From IMG/VR virus record IMGVR_UViG_3300037483_000641, positions 1-42,070 of that record: 42,070 bases of DNA, one strand, 5' to 3'. The notes under the pieces were generated by a model. The model was not told the DNA's origin, made no database searches, and was given only the letters and a program-made list of their open reading frames with translations. The translations under genes and the position numbers were made by a program. Each line of letters begins with the position of its first letter. Position 1 is the stretch's first letter. Of the stretch, positions 1 to 8,404 are shown piece by piece. Source of the stretch: a virus. Its lineage: Duplodnaviria; Caudoviricetes.

Positions 1-180
1 TACGATTTGCGTGAAGACGACAACGTCGTCTTCACGCAAGAATTTCTTTCCAAGAAATGGATGATCGACTGACTTGACATTGTATGTTGGTTCTTTGATC
101 TTTACTCCTCGAATTGCTACATAAAGATCCCAATTCCACCGTTGGTACATTCCGTTAGAATCTCTCTTCTCGATCTTCAT
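1..180 (-). CDS. hypothetical protein, partial (runs off window start)
   Basis: ATG at 180 overlaps the TGA of the upstream ORF (TGATG coupling); frame is open to base 1 (MKIEKRDSNGMYQRWNWD...). Confidence 0.6.
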   Translation of the reverse strand, partial: MKIEKRDSNGMYQRWNWDLYVAIRGVKIKEPTYNVKSVDHPFLGKKFLREDDVVVFTQIV

Positions 181-518
181 CAGTCACAATTCCTTACATC
201 AAAGTTCTCTAGATTCTTGGCGTATTCCCGGCACTTTCGCTTCATCTCTGCTCGTTCAACAGCCTTGTCTTTTTCAGCTTGAGCATGAGATTCTTCAAGA
301 ATCTGGTTAGCCGTTGGTTTGTTCCCGGTGATGTCTTCCCAGATCTGTTGACCGATCACACCGGAAGCTATCGCATACGCGATGAACAGCATGATCGGAA
401 AGATGATGATCAAGAAGGTCATCAAGACTCGCTCTTGCCAATGTTTTGGCAGGAGAATGTAGATGAAGACCGGCAGTGGAATGTTGAACGGTGTTCTGAA
501 CTCTTCTTTAGGATCCAT
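180..518 (-). CDS. hypothetical membrane protein
   Basis: 112-aa ORF with hydrophobic N-half, directly downstream of the early promoter at 552-580. Confidence 0.7.
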   Translation of the reverse strand: MDPKEEFRTPFNIPLPVFIYILLPKHWQERVLMTFLIIIFPIMLFIAYAIASGVIGQQIWEDITGNKPTANQILEESHAQAEKDKAVERAEMKRKCREYAKNLENFDVRNCD

Positions 519-551
519 GACTTACCCTGTTACCCCAATTTTGATGGAGTA

Positions 552-580
552 ATTATATCACATGTCTCAAGAAAGTAAAC
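552..580 (-). promoter_or_regulatory. phage early (sigma70-type) promoter GTTTAC-N17-TATAAT
   Basis: Reads GTTTACtttcttgagacatgtgaTATAAT on the - strand; member of a recurring repeat family. Confidence 0.85.
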
Positions 581-588
581 ACTTTTAT

Positions 589-756
589 TCAATGTCTTCG
601 ATGAAGTTTCATAAGATCACTGAGAGCCCGTTTTCGATCAAGCCATCTTTCATGTTCTTCGCTTGACTTCTTAATCCACCAGACCAGATACGGAACGTAC
701 AAGACTATAATAGTGATCAATCCCCAACAGATCCATTCGCGAGTAAAATCATCCAT
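589..756 (-). CDS. small single-TM hypothetical protein (55 aa, not in ORF track)
   Basis: MDDFTREWICWGLITIIVLYVPYLVWWIKK...; AGGAG RBS; promoter at 774-803. Confidence 0.65.
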   Translation of the reverse strand: MDDFTREWICWGLITIIVLYVPYLVWWIKKSSEEHERWLDRKRALSDLMKLHRRH

Positions 757-773
757 AAGTTCTCCTAAAAGTG

Positions 774-803
774 ATTATATCAAAAGTACTCAAATAAGTA
801 AAC
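774..803 (-). promoter_or_regulatory. early promoter GTTTAC-N18-TATAAT
   Basis: Same motif family; back-to-back with a + strand TAAATA box at 810-815. Confidence 0.7.
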
Positions 804-830
804 TTTATGTAAATATTGAGAGGGATAAAC

Positions 831-2141
831 ATGAGCAAATTATTTTCAGGTCAAGAACTAGCTCCGATCGTTTCTACAGACGAGGCCATTCCAAGTGGCT
901 ATCGTACTGAGATAGTGATACACGATTCAAAGATTGGGATCTCTGACGGTCCTAACCTAGACGCATTTAGTAGACTGAGAACGAGTACTCCCTTCTCGAT
1001 CTTCAACTATGTCAATTCCTACGGATTAGATGATGAGATCTTTGAAAGCGTACTTAACGGAGTAGGAGCATCAGCTACTTTCTTACCAGATGAAAGCTCT
1101 ACTTCTATGGCAGTAGGAACTGTAAACGGAGAGTATGCAATCAGACAAACCTTTAGGTACTTCCCATATACCCCTGGCAAAAGTCAACTTATCATTCTCA
1201 CCGGTGTTTTAGGAACTGCTGTGACTAACGTAGTCAAGCGTCTTGGGTATTTTGACAACAGTAACGGTTTTTTCTTTGAATTGACCGGAACCACATTTAA
1301 CGTAGTAAAGAGATCTTTCATTACCGGAACTGTAGTTGACACCGCAATCGCTCAGTCTGGCTGGAATTTAGATAAATTAGATGGTACGGGGCCGAGCGGA
1401 ATAACGTTAGATGTAACGAAGGCTCAGATCTTCATCATTGATTTTCAATGGTTGGGAGTAGGAAGAGTAAGATATGGGTTTGATGTCAACGGCCAAATCA
1501 TCTATTGCCATGAGATCTCTCATGCAAATCTTATCTCCTCCGTTTATACTACAACCCCGATTCTACCAATTAGATATGAGATTAGAAATTTAGGGACATC
1601 GGCTGGGAGCACGATGAAACAAATCTGCAGCTCAGTCACAAGCGAGGGTGGAATTATCCCAGAAGGCGAACAATGGAGCGCTGCGCACGGAATCTCATCT
1701 GTGAGTGTAACTACACGTCGACCGATCTTTGCTATCAGAATGAAGACTCTTCTTAACAGTAAAACAAATCGAAAGACAGTTAAGTTTCTTCAATCCCATT
1801 TTAGAGCAACTACGAATGATGCTTTTGTAGAAATTATGCATTGTCTGTCACCTACAACAGTCACAGCAACTTGGACCTCGGCTGGTTCTGACAGTGGAGT
1901 TGAATACTCAACTGACATCAGCGCAGCAACATTTACATCTGCGCACAGATTGGGTTCAATGTACTGCCTTGCAGGATTACTTACTACTGGAAGCTCTGTA
2001 GAATCTGCTGAACTTTCAAACGAACACAGATTTATTCACCTTGACTACGCAGGAACTACTTCTTCTTACATTGTGGTCTTTGCAACTAGCTTCTCTCTAA
2101 CCAGTAACGTGTCTGCGATCATTGACTGGATTGAATACTAA
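831..2141 (+). CDS. conserved phage protein, probably virion structural
   Basis: Beta-rich, Thr/Ser-rich ORF with motifs (DAFSRLR, YTPGKSQ, WNLDKLDGTGPSG, WLGVGRVR, SEGG) that I recall from a widespread uncultured-phage family; TAAATA late box at 810-815 and GAGGG RBS favour the ATG at 831. Confidence 0.6.
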   Translation: MSKLFSGQELAPIVSTDEAIPSGYRTEIVIHDSKIGISDGPNLDAFSRLRTSTPFSIFNYVNSYGLDDEIFESVLNGVGASATFLPDESSTSMAVGTVNGEYAIRQTFRYFPYTPGKSQLIILTGVLGTAVTNVVKRLGYFDNSNGFFFELTGTTFNVVKRSFITGTVVDTAIAQSGWNLDKLDGTGPSGITLDVTKAQIFIIDFQWLGVGRVRYGFDVNGQIIYCHEISHANLISSVYTTTPILPIRYEIRNLGTSAGSTMKQICSSVTSEGGIIPEGEQWSAAHGISSVSVTTRRPIFAIRMKTLLNSKTNRKTVKFLQSHFRATTNDAFVEIMHCLSPTTVTATWTSAGSDSGVEYSTDISAATFTSAHRLGSMYCLAGLLTTGSSVESAELSNEHRFIHLDYAGTTSSYIVVFATSFSLTSNVSAIIDWIEY

Positions 2142-2716
2142 AACTTAATTCCGCCCTTGATGAGGTGAAGTTGCAACACGATTACCATCGCGTAAGCCAC
2201 TGCATGAGCCTTCTTGAAGGCATAACCGTCTCCTGACTCGCTCTTGTACAGCATCTCTCGAATCTTATCTGGATGCTCAAGATACTTCTTGAGCATGTAT
2301 CTCTTCTGTGGGCGGATAAGAGTAAGACAGTCAGCGATCTGAACGACTGACGACGGTTTGACCTGAGAGATCAGATCATAATGCTTTGACAACTGGAAGA
2401 GCTGCCCAACGACAGATGGGATGCTGAGAAGAGACCAATCTGGATCATACTTCAAGAGTTCTTTGATCTCTTCGCGAGATGTAAAGTGATCATACACGTG
2501 GACGTGGAGAAAGTCGATCTTGAAACATCCCAACTCTTCTGCTCGTTCATAGGGAACAGCAGACAATCCAGTCAAAGGATCTGTTGGGACATCTTGAAAG
2601 TATACTCCACACGGGTGAGGAGTAAGCTTCTCATCTCGATACAGAGAGGCTTTCACCGAACCTGGAAAGATCTTCTTTGAGTCAAAGTTTGATACTACAT
2701 CTATATCAATGTCCAC
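2138..2716 (-). CDS. DNA polymerase III alpha (DnaE)-like catalytic fragment (C-terminal piece of a split enzyme)
   Basis: Starts with DIDID (catalytic DxD), then HPCGV, KIDFL (third Asp) and YAFKKAHAVAYA (cf. YGFNKSHAAAY). Confidence 0.85.
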   Translation of the reverse strand: MDIDIDVVSNFDSKKIFPGSVKASLYRDEKLTPHPCGVYFQDVPTDPLTGLSAVPYERAEELGCFKIDFLHVHVYDHFTSREEIKELLKYDPDWSLLSIPSVVGQLFQLSKHYDLISQVKPSSVVQIADCLTLIRPQKRYMLKKYLEHPDKIREMLYKSESGDGYAFKKAHAVAYAMVIVLQLHLIKGGIKF

Positions 2717-3046
2717 TTACTTCACCTGGCAAACTCTCGGGTTCTTATTTGCGATTGCTTGACGTAAGAATTCTGCGTAGATCATCGTGTGAAAGTAAAC
2801 GTAAGCTTGGTTGGTTTGTGTCTCATCATACATCTTCCACAAACACCAATCTGGGTCTTCATCAAAGATTCTTGACTTTGCGAGGTCAATGTCAACGAGA
2901 CCTTGTTCCTTTAAGGTAGCAATCGTAGGACGTTGTAGAAGAATCTCCATCAGCACGGTGACTAAGCTGATTAGTTCAGGAGTAGGAATGCCTGCAGTAT
3001 GAGAAATTCTCAATTGCTCTAGCAAAGCTTTGTTTGTGACGTTCAT
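2717..3046 (-). CDS. hypothetical protein
   Basis: 109-aa ORF with GAGG RBS; abuts the dnaE-like gene. Confidence 0.7.
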   Translation of the reverse strand: MNVTNKALLEQLRISHTAGIPTPELISLVTVLMEILLQRPTIATLKEQGLVDIDLAKSRIFDEDPDWCLWKMYDETQTNQAYVYFHTMIYAEFLRQAIANKNPRVCQVK

Positions 3047-3067
3047 GTTACCTCGCTTTCATGTAAC

Positions 3068-3097
3068 ATTGTATCTCATAACTAGCTGTTTGTAAAC
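3068..3097 (-). promoter_or_regulatory. early-type promoter GTTTAC-N18-TACAAT
   Basis: Variant of the repeat motif upstream of the 3046 ATG. Confidence 0.6.
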
Positions 3098-3111
3098 AAC
3101 AACGAAGTAAT

Positions 3112-3312
3112 TTAAAAGTTTCGTTGTTCGTCTAAGAGCTCACCTATCAATGCAGTATACTCAGCTAGATCGCTCGGTCCCATGTCAATGAGGAGCTTCG
3201 GGCAGATACCAGATTGATACAACTTGATGTTTAGGACGCAGCCAAATAGAACGTTATTGACTGCTTCTTTAGACCAGGTGATGTCTTTAATGCTTGTGCG
3301 GTCTGGGTTCAT
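3112..3312 (-). CDS. hypothetical protein
   Basis: 66-aa ORF in a co-directional run. Confidence 0.45.
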   Translation of the reverse strand: MNPDRTSIKDITWSKEAVNNVLFGCVLNIKLYQSGICPKLLIDMGPSDLAEYTALIGELLDEQRNF

Positions 3313-3445
3313 GAGTAGGTATTTGAGTAGTGACAGCTTTGAGAAATTCTCGTAGCTGGTGATTCTCTTGTATGAGATCGTTGATTGCTTTTCTGGATGC
3401 TTCTAGATCATGCTCAAGGTGCTTAACGTACGAAGCTCTGGTCAT
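3287..3445 (-). CDS. small coiled-coil protein (52 aa, not in ORF track)
   Basis: MTRASYVKHLEHDLEASRKAINDLIQENHQL...; AGGAGG RBS; ATAAATA box at 3474-3480. Confidence 0.65.
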   Translation of the reverse strand: MTRASYVKHLEHDLEASRKAINDLIQENHQLREFLKAVTTQIPTHEPRPHKH

Positions 3446-3600
3446 AACTCCTCCTACGATAGAACTACATTTGTATTTATGAGGAGCAAACTTTCTCTGT
3501 TATTGCACGGTTCACCAGCCCGTAATTGCCCACGATCTTACCTTGGAACTTTACCACTACCCACTTGACAGCTACTGCGTGATTTCTCGGATCATTCATG

Positions 3601-3945
3601 TTATCTTCTTAAATTGCGTGTGCGAAATTCTGTGTATTCTTCCCATTCTCTGCGAAGATCATCCATGACCAATTGTAACTCTGCAACTTTTGTTGGTACA
3701 TTATTCTCATTTACTTCGGCTTCTGGTATGTTATCAACTAATTTGAACGGTTGCTCTATCGTGATCGTGATCGGATCTTCATGATTCTCAACAACGAAAG
3801 AAGCTTCAGCAAAATATCCCCCTTGCCCCATGCGATTTTTGAAGACTGCATCACCAAGAACGAGCAGCTTGCTCACGTCGACGTAGAGAGAGTTGCTCTC
3901 ACCGTTACGGTTCTTTGGGAGATTAATCTTGTAGATCGTACTCAT
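3601..3945 (-). CDS. hypothetical protein
   Basis: 114-aa ORF with GGAG RBS. Confidence 0.7.
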   Translation of the reverse strand: MSTIYKINLPKNRNGESNSLYVDVSKLLVLGDAVFKNRMGQGGYFAEASFVVENHEDPITITIEQPFKLVDNIPEAEVNENNVPTKVAELQLVMDDLRREWEEYTEFRTRNLRR

Positions 3946-4097
3946 CTTATCTCTCCAGAATCAGCTCGAAATACCACATAGCCAGTCTTAATTTTCCTCA
4001 TAAAACTTTTCTACTGCCACATCAAACGTTTCTGCTGAGATCGTGAGAGAGTACGTCTTGGGATCGCCACAGTACGTGTAGTGCACAAGAAACTGTT

Positions 4098-4499
4098 TCA
4101 CGCAAAAGCTCCGTGACTAATTTTTCCTTCAAATTCTAACTGACAATACTTTATTGCAGCTTCTGCATCTCCTGTCGCTCCTCTCTTGAGCAAATCAGAA
4201 ATCAAATCATTATGCTTTTGACGTTCTATGCGTTCTCTCTCAAATGGGTCATCCGTTTCAAATTGTACGAGCTTGATGATGTCTGATGAAAAATCATTTC
4301 GTCGTAATGCTTTTCGAACAGATTCAGATAGTTCAAGATACTCAGGCTGCCATCCCTCTCCTCGAGAGATACATCTAGCTATATAAAGCAAAGTCTTTGT
4401 TGGGGTCTGAGATGCAGGTTCCCAGTTTTGAGAAATCCAACGATACAAGTCTATTGGATTCACATTATCGTTGATTGCTTCAAACCGAATATTGTACAA
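4098..4499 (-). CDS. hypothetical protein
   Basis: 133-aa ORF, TTG start after GAGGA. Confidence 0.65.
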   Translation of the reverse strand: MYNIRFEAINDNVNPIDLYRWISQNWEPASQTPTKTLLYIARCISRGEGWQPEYLELSESVRKALRRNDFSSDIIKLVQFETDDPFERERIERQKHNDLISDLLKRGATGDAEAAIKYCQLEFEGKISHGAFA

Positions 4500-4508
4500 A
4501 ATCTTTCC

Positions 4509-5120
4509 TCAAAAACTGTAATTTTTGTGAGGCACACGGCACTTCACCTGACCAACGCTGTTGGAATTTGCCTTGAAGCACGGCTTCAGAATCATCTTCG
4601 GGTTCTTCAGCACGAGGCCTTCATCTTCAGGTTTCAGTGAGGTGAACAGCTTGGCGAAGTCAGACTTGAAGTTGTGAGCACGGCTGACGTAATCATGCAC
4701 GCGATACTGGTCACCCTCAAAAGTTCCAGGCAGCTCTTTTTCCAACATTTCTTGGCGTTCTTGGAAGGTAGTACCGACAAGCTGCTTACCGTCATCTACG
4801 ATCTTGTCGAAGATGAAGAGCTGATTCTTGGGACCGTTAGTCACCTTGGAGTGCAGCAGCTCGGCAACATAAACGTTCCAGTTGCTGTTGCCTTGGAAGA
4901 AGCGAGTGTGTTCCGGAGTAGGAGACCACAGCTTGTGGTCATCATTGTGTCGAGTCTTGAAGATGACTTCTCTGCCCTTAGCAAAGATCACAGTGCACGT
5001 GCCATTCTTCTTGATCTGTCCCCAGAACTTCTGATTCTGGTAGAAAGTCAGCATCCCTTGAGGGATCTTTTGCTCGGGTCGAGGAGGCCACAGATAAGCA
5101 TATTCGTCGTAGTTCATCAC
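4509..5120 (-). CDS. ATP-dependent ligase-family nucleotidyltransferase (adenylation domain only)
   Basis: Motif I KKNG, motif III AELL, IIIa IFD, IV EGLVLK, V VKCR; no OB domain. Confidence 0.75.
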   Translation of the reverse strand: MMNYDEYAYLWPPRPEQKIPQGMLTFYQNQKFWGQIKKNGTCTVIFAKGREVIFKTRHNDDHKLWSPTPEHTRFFQGNSNWNVYVAELLHSKVTNGPKNQLFIFDKIVDDGKQLVGTTFQERQEMLEKELPGTFEGDQYRVHDYVSRAHNFKSDFAKLFTSLKPEDEGLVLKNPKMILKPCFKANSNSVGQVKCRVPHKNYSF

Positions 5121-5311
5121 AGCACCTCATGCATATGCTGAGCGATCCACTCAGAAGGATCACCGGTACGAGCCTTGGCTACGCCGTAGGGCATCTCGCT
5201 GTTTTGGCAGAAGTGATTGTACAGCTTGTCGTAGAGCTCTTCGTTTACTTCACGATTGAAATCAATCGCCCAAACAATTTCTGCTTTTTCTACAGCGGAG
5301 AAGGTTGTCAT
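5117..5311 (-). CDS. hypothetical early protein
   Basis: First ORF after the promoter at 5345-5373; overlaps the ligase start. Confidence 0.7.
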   Translation of the reverse strand: MTTFSAVEKAEIVWAIDFNREVNEELYDKLYNHFCQNSEMPYGVAKARTGDPSEWIAQHMHEVL

Positions 5312-5344
5312 AATGTTTTAACCTAGTTGATTTGCGATGGAGTA

Positions 5345-5373
5345 ATTATATCATACTCATCAAGAAAGTAAAC
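5345..5373 (-). promoter_or_regulatory. early promoter GTTTAC-N17-TATAAT
   Basis: Exact motif. Confidence 0.85.
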
Positions 5374-5390
5374 ACTTTGTTGAGCTCAAC

Positions 5391-6164
5391 TCAAGGTTTG
5401 ACGAGTTCTCGCTCGATACTCCAATATTCTGGCATAAATCTCGGCTGAGCAACATCCAAGAAGTGCTGTCTCCAGCGCTTCACGAAGTTCTCAAGATCAC
5501 CAGAGCTTAGAACTTTCTCAACGACAGGTTTACCTGGATCGTTTCTGGTGATTCCTACTTCACTATTGACAAGATTCTCGAACTCTTGAGTAGTAGGGAT
5601 CTTGCCGAAGAGGCTCGCGATTTGAGCTCTTATCTCTTCCTGACGATCGGATGGTATCAAATCGCTATTGCGGTGAAGGGTCTTGCACAGCTTCACCAGA
5701 TGATACAGATCACGACGTTCTTGAGTCAGCGGAGCCACATTGTCACGAGCATCATACTCAATGCCGATGTCTTTCTTCAGCTTCGTAGCTTCAGCTTCGT
5801 ACTCTTCGTGGCAAGGAATGCAGATCACCACAACGTCGTGAGCAGAGCGTTCCTTGGCTTTGACAGGGAAGTGCTTTCGATACATGCTCGGGACGATGTG
5901 ATGCTTCGTGAGATCTTCTTCGGTGCCGCAGACTACACAGACGTTCTGCTTCGGAGCAAGACTGAACTCATCACCTTGGTTGCCGTTGGCTTTTGGTTTG
6001 AACTTGAGTTGTATAGTGGGAGGATCTTGAGAGACTACCTCAGCAAGTTCTCGATCGAGGTACCACTTTGCACGCTTTTCTGCGCAGCGACACATCTCAA
6101 CACCGTCAGGACCAACCATCAACCAGTTTGAGTAAGCATCTGTTTTAAGGGCGGCAAGAGCCAT
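5391..6164 (-). CDS. HNH-type Zn-binding nuclease-like protein (EXD2 C-terminal-domain-like)
   Basis: CVVCG...HHIVP...YRKHFP...HDVVVICIPCH and RWRQHFL...P..WS; AAGGAG RBS supports the start at 6164. Confidence 0.75.
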   Translation of the reverse strand: MALAALKTDAYSNWLMVGPDGVEMCRCAEKRAKWYLDRELAEVVSQDPPTIQLKFKPKANGNQGDEFSLAPKQNVCVVCGTEEDLTKHHIVPSMYRKHFPVKAKERSAHDVVVICIPCHEEYEAEATKLKKDIGIEYDARDNVAPLTQERRDLYHLVKLCKTLHRNSDLIPSDRQEEIRAQIASLFGKIPTTQEFENLVNSEVGITRNDPGKPVVEKVLSSGDLENFVKRWRQHFLDVAQPRFMPEYWSIERELVKP

Positions 6165-6174
6165 TCCCTTCTCC

Positions 6175-6312
6175 TTACATTCCAAGACCGTCATGCCACA
6201 GAATGCTGCCCAATAGCATGAAAAAACCACCGATTCCTATAGCAATAAGAACAAACGGAATTGTTAAAATAGCAATGTACAATCCCTCAATCATAGATAA
6301 AATGATGTTCAT
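6175..6312 (-). CDS. small membrane protein (45 aa, not in ORF track)
   Basis: MNIILSMIEGLYIAILTIPFVLIAIGIGGFF...; ATGA overlap with the MazG-like stop. Confidence 0.6.
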   Translation of the reverse strand: MNIILSMIEGLYIAILTIPFVLIAIGIGGFFMLLGSILWHDGLGM

Positions 6313-6617
6313 TTTACTCCCTCTTCCCACTTGGCGAGCTTCTTTACTGCGACTTCTATCAAGATCGTCTCGATCATTTCCGGCGAGAATCCCCTTTTCT
6401 TCAGCTCAAGAAAGATGATGTCAACAGAGTTAATAATCGAGTCAACAGCCTCTCCAACGATGCCATCTGGGCCCGGCTTACGCTTCTTCTTGCCGGAGTC
6501 AATTGCAATTTCAGTTGCGAGCTCGCCAACTTCTTCAACAAGAGCGGTTAGAACGTCCTGCTTCGTGCGAGCTGGGATGCGTTGAGAGGTTTTCAGAATG
6601 GTGGTGATGAGGGTCAT
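6309..6617 (-). CDS. MazG-like NTP pyrophosphohydrolase
   Basis: EEVGELA...GEAVD all-alpha NTP-PPase motif. Confidence 0.75.
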   Translation of the reverse strand: MTLITTILKTSQRIPARTKQDVLTALVEEVGELATEIAIDSGKKKRKPGPDGIVGEAVDSIINSVDIIFLELKKRGFSPEMIETILIEVAVKKLAKWEEGVK

Positions 6618-6829
6618 TTGATCCAGCTTGCTTGAATGATGCAACTTTGTAAGGGAACTACTTTTTCTTTCTCGACGAAGAAAGGTTCGGCTGGGTAACT
6701 ACTACCGCGTAGAGGTGATAGAGCTTTCACCATCAATCCATCTTCTTTAACTTCAGTGACGATGAGGTGAGAACTTTCGATCCAGCCGAGTCTCTCGATA
6801 AAGTCACCGGTTTCGTATAAGATCTTCAT
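6614..6829 (-). CDS. hypothetical protein
   Basis: MKILYETGDF...; start overlaps the upstream stop. Confidence 0.55.
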   Translation of the reverse strand: MKILYETGDFIERLGWIESSHLIVTEVKEDGLMVKALSPLRGSSYPAEPFFVEKEKVVPLQSCIIQASWIK

Positions 6830-7053
6830 AGTAAAGTAATCCTGTTCTTGGGAAAGAGAACGAAAGATTTGATCGGGTAGTCTACCGGAGCATCCCATGC
6901 AACCGGTTTGCCGTTGATGATGACGGATTTGTTTTGACACCAACGCTTCAGCTCAGAATTTGAGACTGCTCCCACTTTCTTTCCCTCACGAGTCTGAAAG
7001 TGACAGATCTCATTGAGATCGCGGAGCAGTTGCCAGTTGTTACGATCTGGCAT
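6826..7053 (-). CDS. S4-like RNA-binding domain protein (putative)
   Basis: SNSELKRWCQNKSVIINGK resembles the S4 signature SxSEARRLIxxGxVxING. Confidence 0.5.
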   Translation of the reverse strand: MPDRNNWQLLRDLNEICHFQTREGKKVGAVSNSELKRWCQNKSVIINGKPVAWDAPVDYPIKSFVLFPKNRITLL

Positions 7054-7247
7054 TAATCCCCCAGAGTGTCAGCTGTTTGACCGTAGCTGCTCTGATGAAC
7101 GCGGACGTTGATCTTTGGCTTCTTGGCTTTGATGTCAGCAAGGATCTGGCTCATAGATTGAACCATCCAACGACGAGCCGGGAGACGGTTCATCAAGGTT
7201 GGGACGTTTTGTGCAGGGCGGAAATTTGTTACTTTTGCAATTTTCAT
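7053..7247 (-). CDS. hypothetical protein
   Basis: MKIAKVTNFRP... with GAGGA RBS. Confidence 0.6.
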   Translation of the reverse strand: MKIAKVTNFRPAQNVPTLMNRLPARRWMVQSMSQILADIKAKKPKINVRVHQSSYGQTADTLGD

Positions 7248-7266
7248 AGTTTCCTCTTCTGGTTTG

Positions 7267-7788
7267 TTAAACAGTAGCAACTTCTTCGGCAGCCGATGCT
7301 TCTTTATTAGCAGCACGAATCTTGTCAAAATCAACCGGGACGAACTTCAGATTGTCGTTGTGGTCTTTCTCGATGGTAGCGACCAGGCCTTCAAAGCGAA
7401 CGACCATCCCATACTCTATTTCAATGTAGGTTTCGCGAGGGCGTTGATGAGAAGTGATCACCGAGCAGAGAGGGATGATGAATTGCAGTTCGTGACCATT
7501 TTTCTTTGCGCGTTCGATTGCCTTGATCGGGCAGTCGTTGTTTGCGATCGCGTAGCTAGCAACAGAATCTGCCTGGTAGTGGTAGCAGTGATTCACGTCT
7601 CGGCCGGAGAAACGAGACGGTTTAGTCAGCTTCAGCGCGAGCTTGTCATTACGAGTGATCTCGGTCAGCTCGAGGTATGTTTTCTCGTCATAGATGTGAG
7701 CAATGTGAGTGGCGCGGCGCAGAACGTCCATGACGGGGTAAGAAGCAACCAGTTTTTCGTGACCTTTGAAGATGTTTCCTACAGCCAT
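7267..7788 (-). CDS. hypothetical early protein
   Basis: GGAGG RBS, directly after the promoter at 7824-7852. Confidence 0.75.
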   Translation of the reverse strand: MAVGNIFKGHEKLVASYPVMDVLRRATHIAHIYDEKTYLELTEITRNDKLALKLTKPSRFSGRDVNHCYHYQADSVASYAIANNDCPIKAIERAKKNGHELQFIIPLCSVITSHQRPRETYIEIEYGMVVRFEGLVATIEKDHNDNLKFVPVDFDKIRAANKEASAAEEVATV

Positions 7789-7823
7789 GATTCCTCCAGT
7801 TTGGTTTCGTTTACGATGGAGAA

Positions 7824-7852
7824 ATTATATCATGTGTCTCAAGAAAGTAAAC
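7824..7852 (-). promoter_or_regulatory. early promoter GTTTAC-N17-TATAAT
   Basis: Exact motif. Confidence 0.85.
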
Positions 7853-7960
7853 ACTTTTGTTGAGTGTATGATCAACAGAACTACTGCAAGGTAGAATCCA
7901 TTGTGATTATCGCTAAGATCAGCAACCGGTTTGAAAGAATACTGCCACATGCTTGTTCTC

Positions 7961-8404
7961 CTAAGTTCGTTTCATTGCGTGAGCAGCTTCACGCTTAGCA
8001 TCACGGTCCTTCTCAGCTGCTCGCTTGTCGTGCAGTTTCTTACCTTTGGCAACTCCGATCTCCAGCTTGATACGACCGCGCAGATAGTGAAGGTTCAGAG
8101 GAACCACTGTGTAGCCTGCTAGCTTAACCTTACCCATGAGCTTGTTGATCTCTGCTTTGTTGAGCAGCAATGCACGAGTACGAGTTGGATCCGTGTTGAC
8201 ATGAGTTGAAGAGCTCAACAACGGAGTGATGTGCATCCCAACGATCTGAGGAACCCCATCCTTGAGTATAACGTAAGACTCGGCGATGTTCGAGCGACCA
8301 GCACGGATCGACTTGACTTCCCAACCTTCCAACATGATTCCGGCGGTGTAGCGTTCCTCGATGAGGTACTCATGGAACGCTTTGCGGTTTTCAATGATGC
8401 TCAT
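7961..8404 (-). CDS. smpB: SsrA (tmRNA)-binding protein SmpB
   Basis: [53 protein letters not shown]. Confidence 0.95.
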   Translation of the reverse strand: MSIIENRKAFHEYLIEERYTAGIMLEGWEVKSIRAGRSNIAESYVILKDGVPQIVGMHITPLLSSSTHVNTDPTRTRALLLNKAEINKLMGKVKLAGYTVVPLNLHYLRGRIKLEIGVAKGKKLHDKRAAEKDRDAKREAAHAMKRT

